Assembly: GCA_030141605.1 (NCBI GenBank) | Contig: JAQGDQ010000133.1 | Location: 310,001-374,000 of the forward strand | Source: Tubiluchus corallicola | Taxonomy: Eukaryota; Animalia; Priapulida | Direction of reading: 5' to 3' | Length of the DNA stretch: 64,000 nucleotides | Shown: positions 24,326-39,442 of the stretch, piece by piece | How positions within the stretch are numbered: the first letter of the stretch is position 1 | Layout of the letters: every line of letters starts with the position of its first letter | Program-made: the position numbers and the translations under genes | Notes under the pieces: model-generated | Database searches by the model: none | Seen by the model: only the letters and a program-made list of their open reading frames with translations | Told to the model about the DNA's origin: nothing

Positions 24326-27300
24326 ATTAAGCATAAAGGAAAGAGTTAAGGGGGGTGCAGGAGAAAGGGTAGCGAAAGACCATACGTTTGATAGAGTTAC
24401 TGCTCAAAACTATTTCCTTTAGTAAGTTGTGTTGTTGTGTACAGTACACCTTCTCATTGACCGCTGGTACGTTTCTCAAGCATTTTGCTGAGTCACTGTC
24501 TACTGCACTGTTCTTTCTGGAATAACGCATAAAAACTCGCTGTGCTTATTTTGCACGTTACATCTGTTTGTTATCTTAATAGAACTTCTTAACTGTTCAA
24601 AATTGTTTTCACAACAAACGTCTTAACCGAATTTGCTCTGCGTTCATAATTTTTGCGAAGAAACTAAAGCGGTTTCTAAACATCCACTTTAAGTCCTGGG
24701 GTCGTTTTGAAAACAAACACGGCAGCATTCGACGTACACTCGTGCGGTAATGTGTTTTCGTTTTAAGTTCGATTATCATTTCCGGGAAAATTAGAGCAGG
24801 TAGTCATTTAGGGAATCGATTTGCGGTTTGGTATTTTCGGTATTCAGTCTTTCATTCAGGTTATTTGTAACTCGTGATCTACTAAAATAACTGCAACTTT
24901 TTGCGTGGCGCATGCACATATTTAGGACCAAGCATGTATTGTGCGACGCATGCGCACATCTAGAAGTTTGCCTTTTTTAATGTATTTGCTATTCATGCAT
25001 TTTAATAAGTAGAAGGATAAAAATTCCACCAAATAAGTTTTTCGTGGAATTACTATTCTTTTCTTTTTATTATTATTATAGATTGTATTTTTCAATTGTA
25101 GAACTTCTAGCCGATTACTGACTTTCCTTAGCTCATAAATGACAATCACTAACATGCAAATTAAGAATAAGAATTCTTTTTTCGAGGACCTGTATTCATA
25201 TTTCTATCTTTCTACTGAAGCCCTTGCCAGAGTAGCCAGCCAATGGTTTCGTTTGGGATGACTAACGTAAAACGAAATAGGTATTGTGCTACCGCCTACC
25301 AGTGCTAACTATGTCACTCTATCTGTTCGTTAACAACGTAATTTCTTTTATTTATTTATTTATTCATTGACGTATCCGTGTACACAATAAAATTATATGC
25401 GTAAAATAACAAAAGATGCACATTAATGAACAAGGAAAGTTAAACTGAACGACTCGCGATGAACATATAAGTCCTTTTTGGGCAAAATTGAGTTATTGGT
25501 ATAAGGATATTTTAGCATCAGACTGCAAGTTGCCAGCAAACGACTCGATGTTCTAAAGCTTAAAAGTCAGTTAGTCTAGAAAATCAAATTGCTGAAATTT
25601 TCAGGCAAACTTATCATCATGTCTGTTTCAGTCAATTCACGAGGTAGTTGCAATTATGCAGTCAAAAGCCGCTGTACAGGTAAACATCTAGCTGTTTTCA
25701 GACCATGGTCTGAAGCCGTAGTATTTGTAACCCTGTAAAAACAGCAGTTTACAGAGGGACTTCGTGATGCTCCTGTGTATCTGAGGGTTAAGCAGTGGTT
25801 TAATTGGCAGCTCTGTCTCGCTTGAGTGCATGCAGGAACCTACTAATCCCCGCTTTTTCAAAATAAGCCATACGCAAAGGCAGCGCATTTTCAGTTCCGC
25901 TTCAGTCCAACCTAGTAAGTCAATTAACTTAAAAACTACTTTAAATATTTTCTATTTATTTATTTCACTCTAAATTTCAAGGTGATCTATTAAATCATAG
26001 CTTTTTGATAAGTGAAAACTATTTTTCCCGTATTTCTCAAAACTAACTGAAGTGGACTTACTAGGTGTTTCCAGAAAACGTCTGTCTGCAAAAATACAAA
26101 TGTGCTAAAATCAGTTTTCATTAAATTTGACTAAGTAATTTACTGAATGCGGTATTTACCAGAAAAGAGATTCATTTTCATGCTCAGGAAGAGAATTCCA
26201 GTTCTTGGCTGCTCTATTGCCTATTGGGGAAGGAAGGTTTGCTGAGTGCTGATGTAGTTATGACGTGACATTAAACAAATTATAAATTTTACGTTTCTGA
26301 CGAGTAGATACTTAATTTAAGTTTTTGAGCAGCCTCATTTGCTTGGAAAAGAAAAGCCAAAACACACCATACACATTATAAGCTTTAAATCTATAGTTTG
26401 AGACGCTTTTAGTTAATGTCACTTGACGTTTTGAACTAGACGTCAAACCAAATTAGTTTATTCCGACTTTCACGCTGCAAATCTTATTAACATGCGCCGT
26501 TATTCGCCATTTTCGCATAGAAAATGCAAGCATTTAAAAACGTGACAACGTGACTGCACGTTTGACGGGGAAAACTAGTGCAAAGCGAAGAAAGTGGTTA
26601 TAATAACGTTTAAACAGAAGGACAAATCAAACTAACAAATGGCATCGAGCACTCGAGGAAGAATTAGGCGAAACAGTGAAAGTTTTGAAACTACAACGTA
26701 CATGTTACTTGATGTTTGCATTTTACCAAAACTGTGTGTTTCATGCCCTGAAAATGCCCTGTTTATAGCAATGCAGGGGTTCACCGTAGCTGGTCTGGCA
26801 GTGGGTAACTGATGCTTATAGCAAAACTGCTATTTGTGCCTGTTATGCACTATGTAGTTTGCAAACATTTGCAGTGGATAGTAAAATTAAATGGAAGCGG
26901 TTTCGAAAGCATTTTGAAAAACAAAAGAAATTTCATAAACGTATAAGCGTTTTTGTCATTTATGGTTAAAAGCTGAAACGCTGTGTGAACAAATGAATAT
27001 GAATACCTAGAGGATATCAATATCTGCGACCTTAATTTGCACCCTCAACCTCAGCACCACAAAGCTGCACATACATTCACGTAGTGTCTGCGCGCGAGAA
27101 TATTTTCAGCTTGTAGTAGCAATCGCTAGGCACGAATTGCTCGATTTCTTTAGCACAAAATCGGCGTCTATTAATGATTTGAAAGTGAACGTGCAAAAGT
27201 GAATAGAATATGACACGGATGCAGCAATTCGACACAGGCTTTAATAGAGGCGGCTCAACTCGCTCTGATAGCCAGACAGCAGCTGCTGCTTCAGTAAAGA

Positions 27301-27734
27301 CATGATAGCGTTATACTTTGCCAGAGCCAATACAAAAAAAAATCGGGAAATCGCTTTGGAGAAACTCGATTCGTGCCGCTGATTGTTATAATAGCTGAAA
27401 TTGGAGAGCTCAGCAGGGAGATGAAATTACACCATGGGAAGCCAAAGCATTTCTGCAACTCCGGGTTTGAAGAACCTAAAATGTAAAGAAAGAGAATCTG
27501 AAGACCATATTTTTACAAAAAACACTGTGATTCTCCATTATGAGTGTCCATTCCTTTTAGTGGATTTTAAATTTTACAGGAACACAAAAGGCAACCAACA
27601 ACGTAGGAGGTTGTCCAATCAATTTATTATTTAATGTGCTAACTACTATCTAACAGTCTAGTCGGCCACCGGCCAAGCAAAATACCAACCACCCAACTAT
27701 TTGCCCAACGAACTAATAAAAAAATAAACTAACG

Positions 27735-27940
27735 AGCCAACCAACCGTTCAACAAATCATCCATCCAGCCGACTGACCGATCCTAACCAACCAACAACAA
27801 ACCAACCATTCAACAAAACAGCCAACCAGCAACCAACCAACCAACCAACCAACAAACAAGCCAACCAACCAACCAATCAACCAACCAACCAACCAACTAA
27901 CCAACAGCCAACCAACCAACCAAACAACAACCAACCAATC
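27735..27940. repeat. (CAAC)n degenerate microsatellite
   Basis: Read directly. Confidence 0.9.
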
Positions 27941-30900
27941 AGCTAAAATACTCAGTAACCTAAAAATAAACAAAAAACAACGAATCTACCAACCAATAAG
28001 TAAATAAATAAATAGCAAGTAAACAAATTAAACAAACAAACAAACTCCATGCAACAAGTAACATAACAGCAGCATTTTTCAAATCACCGAAAGGTTGTTT
28101 TGAAAGACCCTCTTTATTGATATCGACATTTAACTAGTGGTGTTTAGATTTTTCCAACTTTGCTTAGAGTTGCTTAAATAGACTTATCGTTAATTACAAG
28201 AACCACTTAAAGATTTCTTCAATCTTCATTTGCTTGAACAGCTGACAGCGTAACCTAAGTCCCTTTTTATCTACTTTCTTCGCTCGTTTCAGTTGTTTCA
28301 ACATTACGTCAGCGTTAGGCCAGTGTTTTACAAGCATCTTGTCTAGAAATGATTTCTGATTATCGTGATTCGAGCTGACACCATAAAATCACTCTATTAC
28401 TCACAATTCAATTCCTGCGCGTCGTTTCTGTGAAATGAGTGTCTAGAGACGTCGAAACATCGTTGCTTGATGCTTTTTCTTAAAAACGTCACTTATATAA
28501 TCGTTTACAATATCGTCTGGCTGAATCTGGAGTGTGTGCATTGATTACAAATTGTGTTGATATAAATACACTGCTACATTTCGCGTGATTTGTAGATAGC
28601 AATTATAAATTATACTATAATAATTCAAGGATAAAATTTTAAATTTAGTTATCGAGGTACTTGAATAACTGCGGCTTGCAAGCTGTAGACGATTTTGTTT
28701 TATAGCCTTGGGTAACACTGCATGATAAAATTATTTTTGTTTTTTGCTTTGGGCTTTGCTAATTAGCATGATGTCTCTGAGCCCGATTAAATTTAAATAA
28801 ATTCAAAGATACATTATAGTAAATAACAAAGAAGCATGACGTTTAAGCGTGACTCATACATCTTGAACTGTATGTCTTTTGACAAGAAAAAAGAACAAAG
28901 ATGCACAAAAGATCATTAGAAACAAGGAGTTTGTATAAATTCATCATCAAGTAACTGTACTTCCTACTAACATTCTGTTATATTATCATTGTGCCTTTAG
29001 TAGTGTTTTTCTGCTGTTCTCATGCGGACTTTGTCAGTGCTGAACATTCTTTGCTCATTCAGTGAGCAGGTTATAATCATAAAATAAAATAAAAAAGCAT
29101 ATTTTTAAAGATCACGTATACGTTTTCTTCTTTTTTGCCTTTCATGTGAAGATTGTTCACAGTGATGTCCTTTCTTTGCTTATCTGGACGGAATGCTTAA
29201 CTTTGTATCATATGTTGTAATTACTGACTGTTCTTTTCCGCATTGGTACATTTGATCGATGCTACGGCAACTCAGTTAATTAAAGATTGTGCCGCAGCAA
29301 CCGAGTTCACCTTTTAACACCTGAGTAAGCTCTAAGTGCCCACAAGCGAAGGTCACGCGGCTCAATTGATTTCCATCTCGCTAACATATTGGAAAGACGC
29401 TGTGCTGCTAATCGAATTAACGGGAACAATGTGCTTCCCTGTCTAGCGCCATGTTGCAGTTGAACGTTGATAACTGATTGCTTCTCCTGCGGTGTTAAAG
29501 AGCTGAAGAGAATTAATAGGACAACACGCGAGTCAAGATCGTTGTAGTCATTGAAGCCACACAGAGCTGAAGCCAAGCAGGGGTGAAACCATGCATGGAT
29601 GAAAGGGCGTTTGTAATTGAATATAATACTACAAAATGCAATCATTTATAATATATATGAGTGTTGTTTAATAACCACCAATTATTAAATTTTTCGAACC
29701 GGTCTGACCGAAAGGAGGAATGTGTGAAAAAGTTAGAAGTAAGCCTGAGTTTGATTGAGGGACTTTTGAACTACAGCATGGAAATGTAAACCAGCACCTG
29801 ATTTGTTGGAGATCTATTAGGAGTGAATTTAGACTGCCATCGTCAAAAAAGACTATGCGGTACAGCGATCAGTTTTCAATGGTAGAAAAAGTGTTTGCTC
29901 TATCTGTAGAGGACTACCATAGCTGCAGACAAAAGAATGAGTGCTCGTTTTAGAATACACTTACATTCAGAGTAGAGAATAAACTAAATTTGTTGAATTT
30001 TAACTGAACGCGAAATTTTCGTTTACTTTTTGTGCAAGTTGGTATACATCGCTTAATGACAGGCCTATGCCTATTTACTTCCTGGTTGTGAAAGGGCCGG
30101 ACTCTAGCTGATTATCATTTTGAAAGGTAATCATCTAACGGTAGGTCTCTCAGATGACACACTGAATGGGACGAGCTTGCTAAGTTCCTGTAACTGAGTT
30201 AGGACGCTTATAATTGTTATGTACGACGACTAAAATGTGAATGTGTAAATTTTTATTTAAAAAAATTAAGATAAGAAATAAAATAAGTTAAGAAGAGCTT
30301 GGCTTTTTCTCTTTTATTCCCTTAATGTGGATTTATATGTCGTTGATTTTTCTCTATTATCGAATCTTTAATATCTTCAAAATCCTTTAGAAATAGGCAG
30401 GCATTTTTGAGCGAAATGTGCCGCTGATGCTTTTGGTGTTTCATTGTATTTGTCAAGGAGGCTTTTCATGTTGAAGGATTTACGAGCAAATGGAGGAAAT
30501 TAATCGTCAATACCACTATAAACTCGCATGTTCTCTTAACAAGACATTTCAGGAGCGATTTTGCTTCAGTGTTTAACATGAGTTCACTTTGCAGTTTAAC
30601 CGCTTTTAACGCGCTGCGCAAATATGATATAGGCGTCGGCTCTTTGCTCACAGAGTGAGTGGCAAAAGTTCAAACAGACAAAGATGCACGAACGCTGAGA
30701 ATGCGTTCACTTGCGACGAAAATTAGGCAGAAAAACAATTTATGAATACAGAAATTCCCTTGTAATTCGTAATGCAAAAGGGCTGTATATTTGAATTTTA
30801 TTGAGATTCTTTACTTTGAGGGCGCGAACGCGTTAAGGTCGGCTCACGTTAATCAACCTTTATGATTTTGTGCAAGACTTGCTTGAATCCAATAAAAGTT

Positions 30901-31281
30901 TATTTTACCGTTTGTAGGGCACCCTGCTGAGCATAATAGGCTGGTTTCTTTATCTGGTTGGGCGGTAGTGTGTAGTTTAAAGTACACTTGGAGTGCTGGA
31001 GTGAAACTCTATTTATTAAATGTTTAAATTGAAAGGAGGAAAAGTTGGCCATAAAATGAAGGAAAGTAAAATTATGGTTATTGAACCTGGATTTGAACAA
31101 GGGAGGTTTGAACAGCATGTCTGATATTAAAGCCGCATTACTACAATACACTACCAAGCAAATCACAATCTCAAATTTCTTTTCTGTGCGCGCCCTCAAC
31201 AATTTGAAAAATGCGCAAAATAACCACTTTTTACAGGCAGAATAAATATAAACAACATATTTATTCGCTGTTTATGTGCAA

Positions 31282-31426
31282 ATTATTAAATCTGGTGTAT
31301 CACAAGGATCCACTGTAGGATCAACTTTTTTGAATTAAGGATTAATTTTTTGGATTTGTAGTAATAAAAAAGGATTAATTTTTTATTACTGATTTCAATA
31401 CATGTGCGTGTATTTTTGCTGAAGAC
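31282..31426 (+). mobile_element. Decayed LINE reverse-transcriptase fragment
   Basis: IIKSGVSQGSTVGSTFLN* resembles the RT motif GVPQGS.LGP.LF; IFAED at 31412-31426 resembles the (Y/F)ADD motif; stops and indels are present. Confidence 0.5.
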
Positions 31427-33367
31427 GAGCCTTTTCCTTATGCCCACTAATCAGAGGGCTCAAAAAAACCTGATAACTGATAACCGAGCATATTACCACT
31501 ACGCCAAAACATTATGATGTTATGTTAAGTAATAAAATTATATGGCATGATCTCTACTTTTGATCTTAGAATGTACTGCATTTACAACACGATATACAGT
31601 ACAAACTTAATTGAGAACCCCCAACACGCCTCAAAAATATCGTTTCAAACAAAGCCAGTCGTTTACTCACGACTACATTCAATTTCGACCGTAAGGCCGA
31701 ACTTTGGCCCGCTTCGCCAAACTTCGTTGTTACAGTTTTGTTGTTGTCACTTAGTCTCTGGTTTAGTGGTCAACTTAAGAACCTTCTGATCAAAGGGTTC
31801 CTGGTTTATTTCTGAAGTTTTCAAAATTTTCAATGAGTCAATAATATATCGGCTCGAATATTAAGAACTCTGCGTTTGTTTTATCGAGTATTTTTGGTAC
31901 AATAATTTTGAAATTAGGTTTGCAGAACTTACCCTTGTTTGTTTTAGTATCTGCATTCTTTTTAAAAAATGGGAAAATGTGTCAAATGCTTGAGGAGGCG
32001 TCAAAAATTGCAAAGATATCAAGCATACCAGTTAACGTCAACATAGTTAGCTAGGTTCCGAACCTACCACAACGTTTATAACAATTATAAGGGCCTGCGT
32101 TGAGTGCGTGTTGGATCCCTGCTTGAAAAGCCAGTGTAGGTCGTATGTTCATAAAAATGAAAAAACAAAACTTGCAAGAACTTGTAACCGGTTATTATAC
32201 TTAAAGTAAATTGTTTCATAATAATTAATAGCAAAAAATAAATTATTATTGATTCCATCATACACTAACTTACTCTTCTGCGTTTGTGTAGATTTGAGTA
32301 TAAATATTAAAACGTAGATAGATTATGAGTAGAAGCTGTTAAAACATTTTTGGTTCTGCAAACGGAGCAAACTTACAAGTGTAGCTTAGTGTTTGAAATG
32401 TTTGTTTGCACAAACAGCAATTTCCGAACCTGAAAGCGGTTTTCGACAAGCATTGAGAAAATTGAAAACACTCGAACAGTTGATTAAATAGAATCATTAA
32501 TAATAATTGCCTCTTTATGGGATTGTCAGTATGTCCCTAGCTTCTATTCGCATAAGGAAACAAAATTAGAACTGCAATAAATCAGCATTTTGTGCACAGC
32601 TTGTGTTCAGTTCTTCTGCAGCATAATTAGATACTCACTGCAGTGCACTATGCACATTAAAAATTGTTCTGGGTTTGAAAAACGTCAAAGTCGCTTCTTA
32701 CAGCATCGAATTGTATAACAACATAATTATTTTAGAAATTACATTTTCGCTTATGGTCATTCTCATGACTAGGCCTACCATAAAATAGTAACATAATTAT
32801 ATAAGATAATAACACAATAATTATGTTCTAAATTTCTACTGGTTTTTGTTTGTACGGTTAGTAGTACAAGTTTGAAGTTGGTAAAGGAACCTCGAAACTT
32901 GACGATTGCCAAAAAATTAACCTGAGCGATACAAAGTCTATCAGGTATTTTTATTCTAAATCTTTCATTAGCTATGGGGCAATTTTTATAATTCATAGAG
33001 TCTTAAATTAACACAATTAGTTACACTATCATTAGACCACAAATTCTAGGTGCACCGGTTTGTATGTGATTGTTGTTGATGATTATGTACGACTTTTGTC
33101 AATGTGGCCTAAGAATTCTAATAACATTGTCACTGTTGTGCTTCTGGGCTGTGCCTTTAGAAATACTACTTCGAGTCTTTTCTATTGTCCACAGAGGATG
33201 CATGAACATATATGGAAAACGTGGCTAAGACATCCCTGGCTCTTCAACATCTAACTTTAATAGATCGTCAATTGCAATAAGTCAGATACAGGTCCCACCA
33301 CAACCATTCAGCATCAGCGGTGACGTTGAGTGCTAGATCACAGCTTACAGAGTGCAAAAATGTATAA

Positions 33368-34150
33368 ACAAGTTCGACTCTAACTATTAGTCGAGGGATT
33401 CACCGAGGTGAATTAAAAATCTGACTAAATCAATTGATGCGAAATTTCTTCTAGTATAGTTCAGCGGTTTAGGTAGTAAATGATTTTAGGTTTTCTTAGA
33501 AAATTATACCAATGCCGGCATTTTGAATTCAAGACGACAGACCAAAAGTCCTACTACACTGGTCGATATACAAATTGTTTTAGTACATTCCTATAAAGTT
33601 TCATGACAATCCATTGTAAAGTGGAGGAAATAATGTTATCGCCACCATCTTGAATTCAGAATGTCAGATCGAAAAATCCGACTTCGTTAATCGATGTAAA
33701 ACAATTTGTTCTAATATATTCTTGTGAAATTTTATGACGATCTATTGCGTGTGGATTCACGTATCCGCAGGCTTTCTTCGGAAATGATGCTATCGCCCAG
33801 ATCTTGAATTCAAAATAGCACATCAAAACATCTAACTACGTCAGTCGATACTGTACTCATTCTAGTATATTCCTATAAGTTTCATGACGATCTGTGACAA
33901 ATTGATGAACCATTAAGATCTTTTCGAAAATGATGTTATTGCCGTCATCTTGATTTCGAAATGGTGGATAGAAAATCCCACTCCGTTAGTCAATGCCGAA
34001 TTCTATTATATTGCATGCAAAGTTTCGTGAGAATGCATTGCAGATTCACGAAATTTTCGGTTTTTTTCAAAAAGGGCGTCCCCCAAAAGAAAATCAATAA
34101 GAACAACGCCCAGATACTACTTCTCGGCAAGTAAATACTTCCCGAGAATA
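33368..34150. mobile_element. Helentron-associated (HINE/pearl-like) non-autonomous element with ~150-bp internal tandem repeats
   Basis: Four diverged units with GCC..CATCTTGAATTC cores at 33514, 33641, 33795 and 33941, each followed by an AAGTTTCATGA-like box. Terminal hairpin TTCTCGGCAAGTA-AA-TACTTCCCGAGAA at 34121-34148; ACAAG start with short palindromes at the other end. Confidence 0.65.
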
Positions 34151-36822
34151 AGCAAATACTCGACCAAAAATACTGTATCGAAAAACGCGATGTTAATTTT
34201 TACTCCTCGTTATGCAATAGGATTATTTTCAACTTATCATTTTTCTCTGTCTGACAAAAGTCAAGAATAATGAAACTAATCCAGCAACATGAAAGATAGG
34301 GAAACATCTGCCCGAATGAGATAAAATAAAATGAATGAAAAGTCGGTTAGGCGTTGAATACGTAAGTCTTTCTGACAGACTTCGGATTTCCCATATTTCA
34401 TGCCTTCCGTCAGGACCGTCACTCATCTAAAGTGATACCACGAAATGAGCTTATTGTTGTTGTTTTTATTATTATACTTTCGCTGTTCTTACCTTTTCCT
34501 TTGTTGTTGCTACTGTTGCTGTCGATGTTGCTACGAGATACGCGATGTTCCAAGTACATATTTGGTCCTTGTTCTCGTTGTCGTGTGTTGTTGTTTTCGT
34601 TGTTGTCTTCGTTGTCGGTAATGTTGTCGCAGTCAAATTTTTGTTATTGTTGTCTTTGGTTTGTTGTTTTGTTATTACTATTGTTTTAAGATTTTTAGTT
34701 TCTAGTGGGCGATGTTGAAACTCTAACAATTTTTGAACTGTGACTTCAATTTTGGCCAAATCTTCTTTAATGTAAATTACGCACTAGGATTTCATTAAGA
34801 TAACAATTTAACGACCTTAAATTGTTTGAGAGGTATCACCGTCGCTAACTAACAGTAAATGAACAGTGCAGTAGTTTATTTTACAGTTTTGGGTAGTGAA
34901 TTCCAGACTTGTGCTTCTTATTGAGCTATAGAGAGTTTCCCATATTTAAAGTTAATAGATATAACGAGGAATGATGATGATGACAGCGTTCTGGGGTGAA
35001 TCCTGGGTTTCAATGAAGAGGTAAGCTTCTTATTTTTGAGTGAGACATTGATGATTTTTTGCAATCCCTGTGAGCTTGCAAAATATGGACTATGAATTGC
35101 TTTTAGCAAGCCGAAATTCGTAATTGGTTGCGAGGGAATCCTTAGCAAAGTCACAAGGAATAAAACTCAAATCAAGAATCATTGAAGTGAATGTGCGTTA
35201 CACTTATTCATAAGCACCTGGTCAACCAAACTACAAGTAATACTATGATTTGCGCTTTAAATCAGGAAGCCCATAGTATTACCTGCGATTGGTTGAGCAG
35301 TGGTTTCCTGTATAGAAAAAATATGAGGGGGCTAAATGACGCCGTCAGTTGTCGGCGTTTTTCATTTGTACTTGACACCCGTCTGCCTGTCAAGTGTCAT
35401 TGATTTTTCAGATTGGAAACGTTCGTCATTACGTTTGTGTTTTTTGTCGTCCCTTTACGTCTCTAAAATTCGTTTCTGTTTTTTTCTATAATTTTTGGGT
35501 GCAGTTATGCAGCGTCTACCAACGTCACCTATGGCGGGCGTGAGGCCAATCCTCCGGGTCATTAGCCGTCAGAAGGCGTGCGTGCCGAGGGACGAACGCA
35601 GAACAATATTGACAATTGAAAAACGCAGTTAAATAGCCAAATTAAGTAGGCGGCTGATTTTCATACCTTTCCCAGTCAAAATCCTTACCATAATTAGTAC
35701 GGACGTTCCAAATCTCGTGCAGTAATGATTGCAAGACGTCTAATCGATAAAAACACAGCATAACAAGCTAGGACTTCCAATAGCCAACTCTTTTTCTAAT
35801 CGAGTTAGGACTGGTAAACCTTTTAGTTTTTTAACTAATTACACTTTAAGCAATCGCTTTACCTTTAACGACTTAATATCGAAATCGATTTCTTAAACAT
35901 GAATCTTCACCACTGACACATAACTCACCGAAGCCAAATCTCTAGCCAATTATTGCATTCTTGTCCTTGACAGGAAGTTTCAAATAGCCAATTGAAAATG
36001 TCATTTATACGTCTAGTCCGCAACACAAGCGGTGTGCTTTTAGCAGAAAAAAACTTCTACATTGTCAAATGCAGCGTCCAGTAATAAATCCAATTAGTAG
36101 CACACTGATGAACGCTATCCAGTTCCCGTGTATTGCACCGACCTGTCCAATTAACCGCAAATAGAAATTTCTAGAATGAAAGGCGCAGGCCAGGTGATTA
36201 CTTACCTACAAGATTTTCACCAAATATAGTATGATTAATTCCAACTAGCAGTGCAATTTTCTGCTACTTTATTGCTGATTGATAATAATACGTGAGTACC
36301 CGGACATTTATTGGGAGGGATTATTGAATTAGGGCTGATGAAATAAAATAGTCAGTGCCGGCAAGTGATAGTTGTGCCGCTTGTGCGTCCATACACAAGT
36401 AGCTCATTCTTCTTTTAAAATTTAATGCTCTTGCAACGATCAAGACGTACACGATGGCGATATGTTGATTGTTTACACAGTTATTTCACCAAAACAAAAG
36501 AAAGATTTAGTAAACTCGACAAAAATAGCTTTTTTTATAAAATGCCCCATGGAAAGATTTTACAGCCAAATTTGAACTTTAGATGTCCTCTGGCTTGTGT
36601 TGATTCAGTACTAATTACTTGGGACACTAACGCTAAAACTAAAAAGTATTAGTTACTGTGCATTGGGCACAGAGTAGTGACGCCTGTTGACTACAAAGAT
36701 GAAGCATTATAAGTTAGTGCCGCTTTAAGTAAATATTTAAATACAAACCATTAATCAATTTCGAGATTACTCATCTAGCAGTTATTGAATAATTGAACTC
36801 AAACGGTCTAAAAGAAAATGTG

Positions 36823-36905
36823 AAAAAAAATCATAATTGAGCTTTGATTTGAACCAGGGACTTATAAGTCTATAACTACCAGACCACTCAACCAGACTAC
36901 ACTTC
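36823..36905 (-). repeat. tRNA-derived Pol III (SINE-like) repeat
   Basis: Minus strand has A box TGGTTGAGTGG, B box GGTTCAAATC and an oligo-T terminator; related copies near 31752-31812 (+) and 63290-63335 (-). Confidence 0.5.
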
Positions 36906-39442
36906 AGAAAATTTAGGCTGAGCAGCCTAATAGTCATAACATTAGAATTTTTGATCCATAGAACCATGTCAACATCGTCTTTTTTAAAATTTTCTTTCGG
37001 GTAGTGTAGCTTCAAAAACTCATTTCAAGATTCAAGTAAATCATCGAATTTATCTAAATAGTGAAAGGGGCAAGTGTTTCCATAGATTGTTAAAATAATT
37101 TTCGTTAAATACGTGAGGAAAGGGTAATTGTGTCGAAAGTGGAAGTGGCAGTGGGCATTGATAGTATTCTTATCTTCTTGTAACATCATGGGGTAGTGAG
37201 ACTGAATCAAGGCACGGACAATCGCATGCGCGAGAGAAGCTGCCCATTTTCACGTCAAATTCTACTTTGCCGAACACGCCGCATTAACTCTTTACACACG
37301 CACCAATAATTTATGACAATAATATGTCTACTGAAGCTATCTTGTCATGTCTTGCAATCTACTTCGCTTAATGGTTAGCAGTTAATCCTCCTGGCCTAAT
37401 GATTAACAGTTAATCTTAACGGCTAATCATTTCCTCTGCACTTCCCACGCGTTAAAACTAACGGTAATGCCAGGAATTCGCCCATCCAACGAATTTATTT
37501 TCAACTCTTAATTGTGTGCCTGTTTCATCGTGATTGCATGGAAAATTCTTAGGTCGGCTCTGAAACATCGCCATTTAGGTCGGTTATACATGTCTGTCCG
37601 AATGATTTATTGCTACTATTTAGAGATGCACAGAAAGGGAAGGAACCGAAATTTCTCCTCACATGTAAATTTGGCATTCTCTGTTCATCTTCTCAATATT
37701 GATTATGTAAATCTTACGATGCTTTCGTTAAATGCTTCTAATTAGTTGGGTTTCAGCCTTCACACTGGCTGTGGAAATAGAGTTCCCAGGACTATTCGCA
37801 TGGATCAAGGCTAGCCAATAAAATTCGAATCTATTGCAATCGGGCTGGTGACATTTCGCATTTTCCATAAATGTATTATTAAATCACTGTACTCGAATAA
37901 TCGTGATTGATTAGAAGAAGTAACGTATTGATTTAGTTATTGGTTATTGTACTACTATAAGAGGTATAGTTGCATACCTCTTGCATACTAATTTCATACT
38001 TGCAGTTGATGGAACAAATCATACAAGTCTTTTTTAAAAAACACATAACTACCAGTTGCATGAGCTATGTTATCGACGAAATCTGTTGTGTGTGACTGGC
38101 TCCCTTGATGATTTAGAACAGTTCGCATATGAGACACAAAATTATAACAGTACAGTACAGTTATTCGAATTAGCGAAAATATATTCAATTAGGGAAAGCG
38201 AAAAAGTGTTAATGGCGACATTATGCTACTTCAAATTTATAATTTAGTTTAGAATAGTTTTCTTATTATGTGTGAGATGAACGTTGCATTTCTTCTCCTA
38301 GTTAATTAATCTATGTGACAATGTTTACTGATCACAAAAGTAAGGAAAATTACCTGCAGGTCTAATGGAGTGAAAGCCCTAAAAATGTGACGGAGAAATG
38401 CAGCAAGGCAGTGGCACTCGACTATTTGATACAGCAGTATTAACAAAGATTTTTAAGAACGTTGTCAGTTATTTCGTTCTCAAAACCTACAGCTCTTGTT
38501 AAAGGTCGCCATTTTCCACTATAATTACATAAAGTTTTGGCAGATGACATAGCATGCATTATTTTATTATAAGATGTTTAACTGAGACTGCTGCTGCTAC
38601 TGCTGTTGTTGTTGTTATTACTGCTGACAATGATTAGACTGGATGTTAAAGCTGGGAGTGTGGTGAGGCTTGCTGCTTCTGGAGATGGTTGTGGTAGCGG
38701 CAGTGGTGTAGCGGATGGTAGTGATGGCTGTTGATAGTAGTAGCAGTGGCTGTGTTGGTGGTGGTAGTAATGGCTATTAATGGTGGTAACAGTAGCGGCA
38801 GTGGTGGTAGCTTAGATGGCAATAGCGACCCAACAATTTTTGGGACTATAAGAGAAAGGCAGGCGATCTCCAACAAGACTGCGAACTATGCAGCTGCGCG
38901 TCCCGCTTATTTTCTACTTTCACTTTAACTGCTCCCAGGACCCTTATATTTTTGAATGACGTCATCGGTATTTGTTGTCCACCATATTATATGAAGACTG
39001 ATGAAAATGACAGAAAGGATTATCCATTCATACCCAGATATGGCTGGGAGAAATAATTGGATCTAGTTTTCCTGAGTTGATTGAAAGATGGATTTTCCTG
39101 CTCGAGTTATTAATTTTACGGACTGATTAACTTACATTAATCATATTATTATTATTATACTTTCAATTGCTTTTTCCGTTGGAAAATTGAAGAAATTGAA
39201 ACTAATTAATTAATTGCTTTTCGAAAGTATTTCTGACACTTCGTGTTCTTCACTATGGTCCTACGCCCAGTCAACCACACACGTGAACAGCAGGGGAAAC
39301 ATCCGGGGATTCCGTAAGAGACACCTGCATTGCTCGGGCAAGTTGTAGCCGATCTTTTTGTAATAACAATAGCAATAATTTTTTGTCAGCTTACTCGTCT
39401 AAATAATATTAACCAGTCATTTACCAGTGTGTCATAAATCTG

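Noticed and set aside
33514-34060. Regularly spaced conserved boxes suggesting a CRISPR-like array
   Set aside because: Eukaryotic context; the intervening sequences are homologous to each other (tandem repeat units), and there are no cas genes.
37180-37203. CATGGGGTAGTGAGA resembling the 3' half of miR-71
   Set aside because: The seed (TGAAAGA) is absent and no hairpin is evident.
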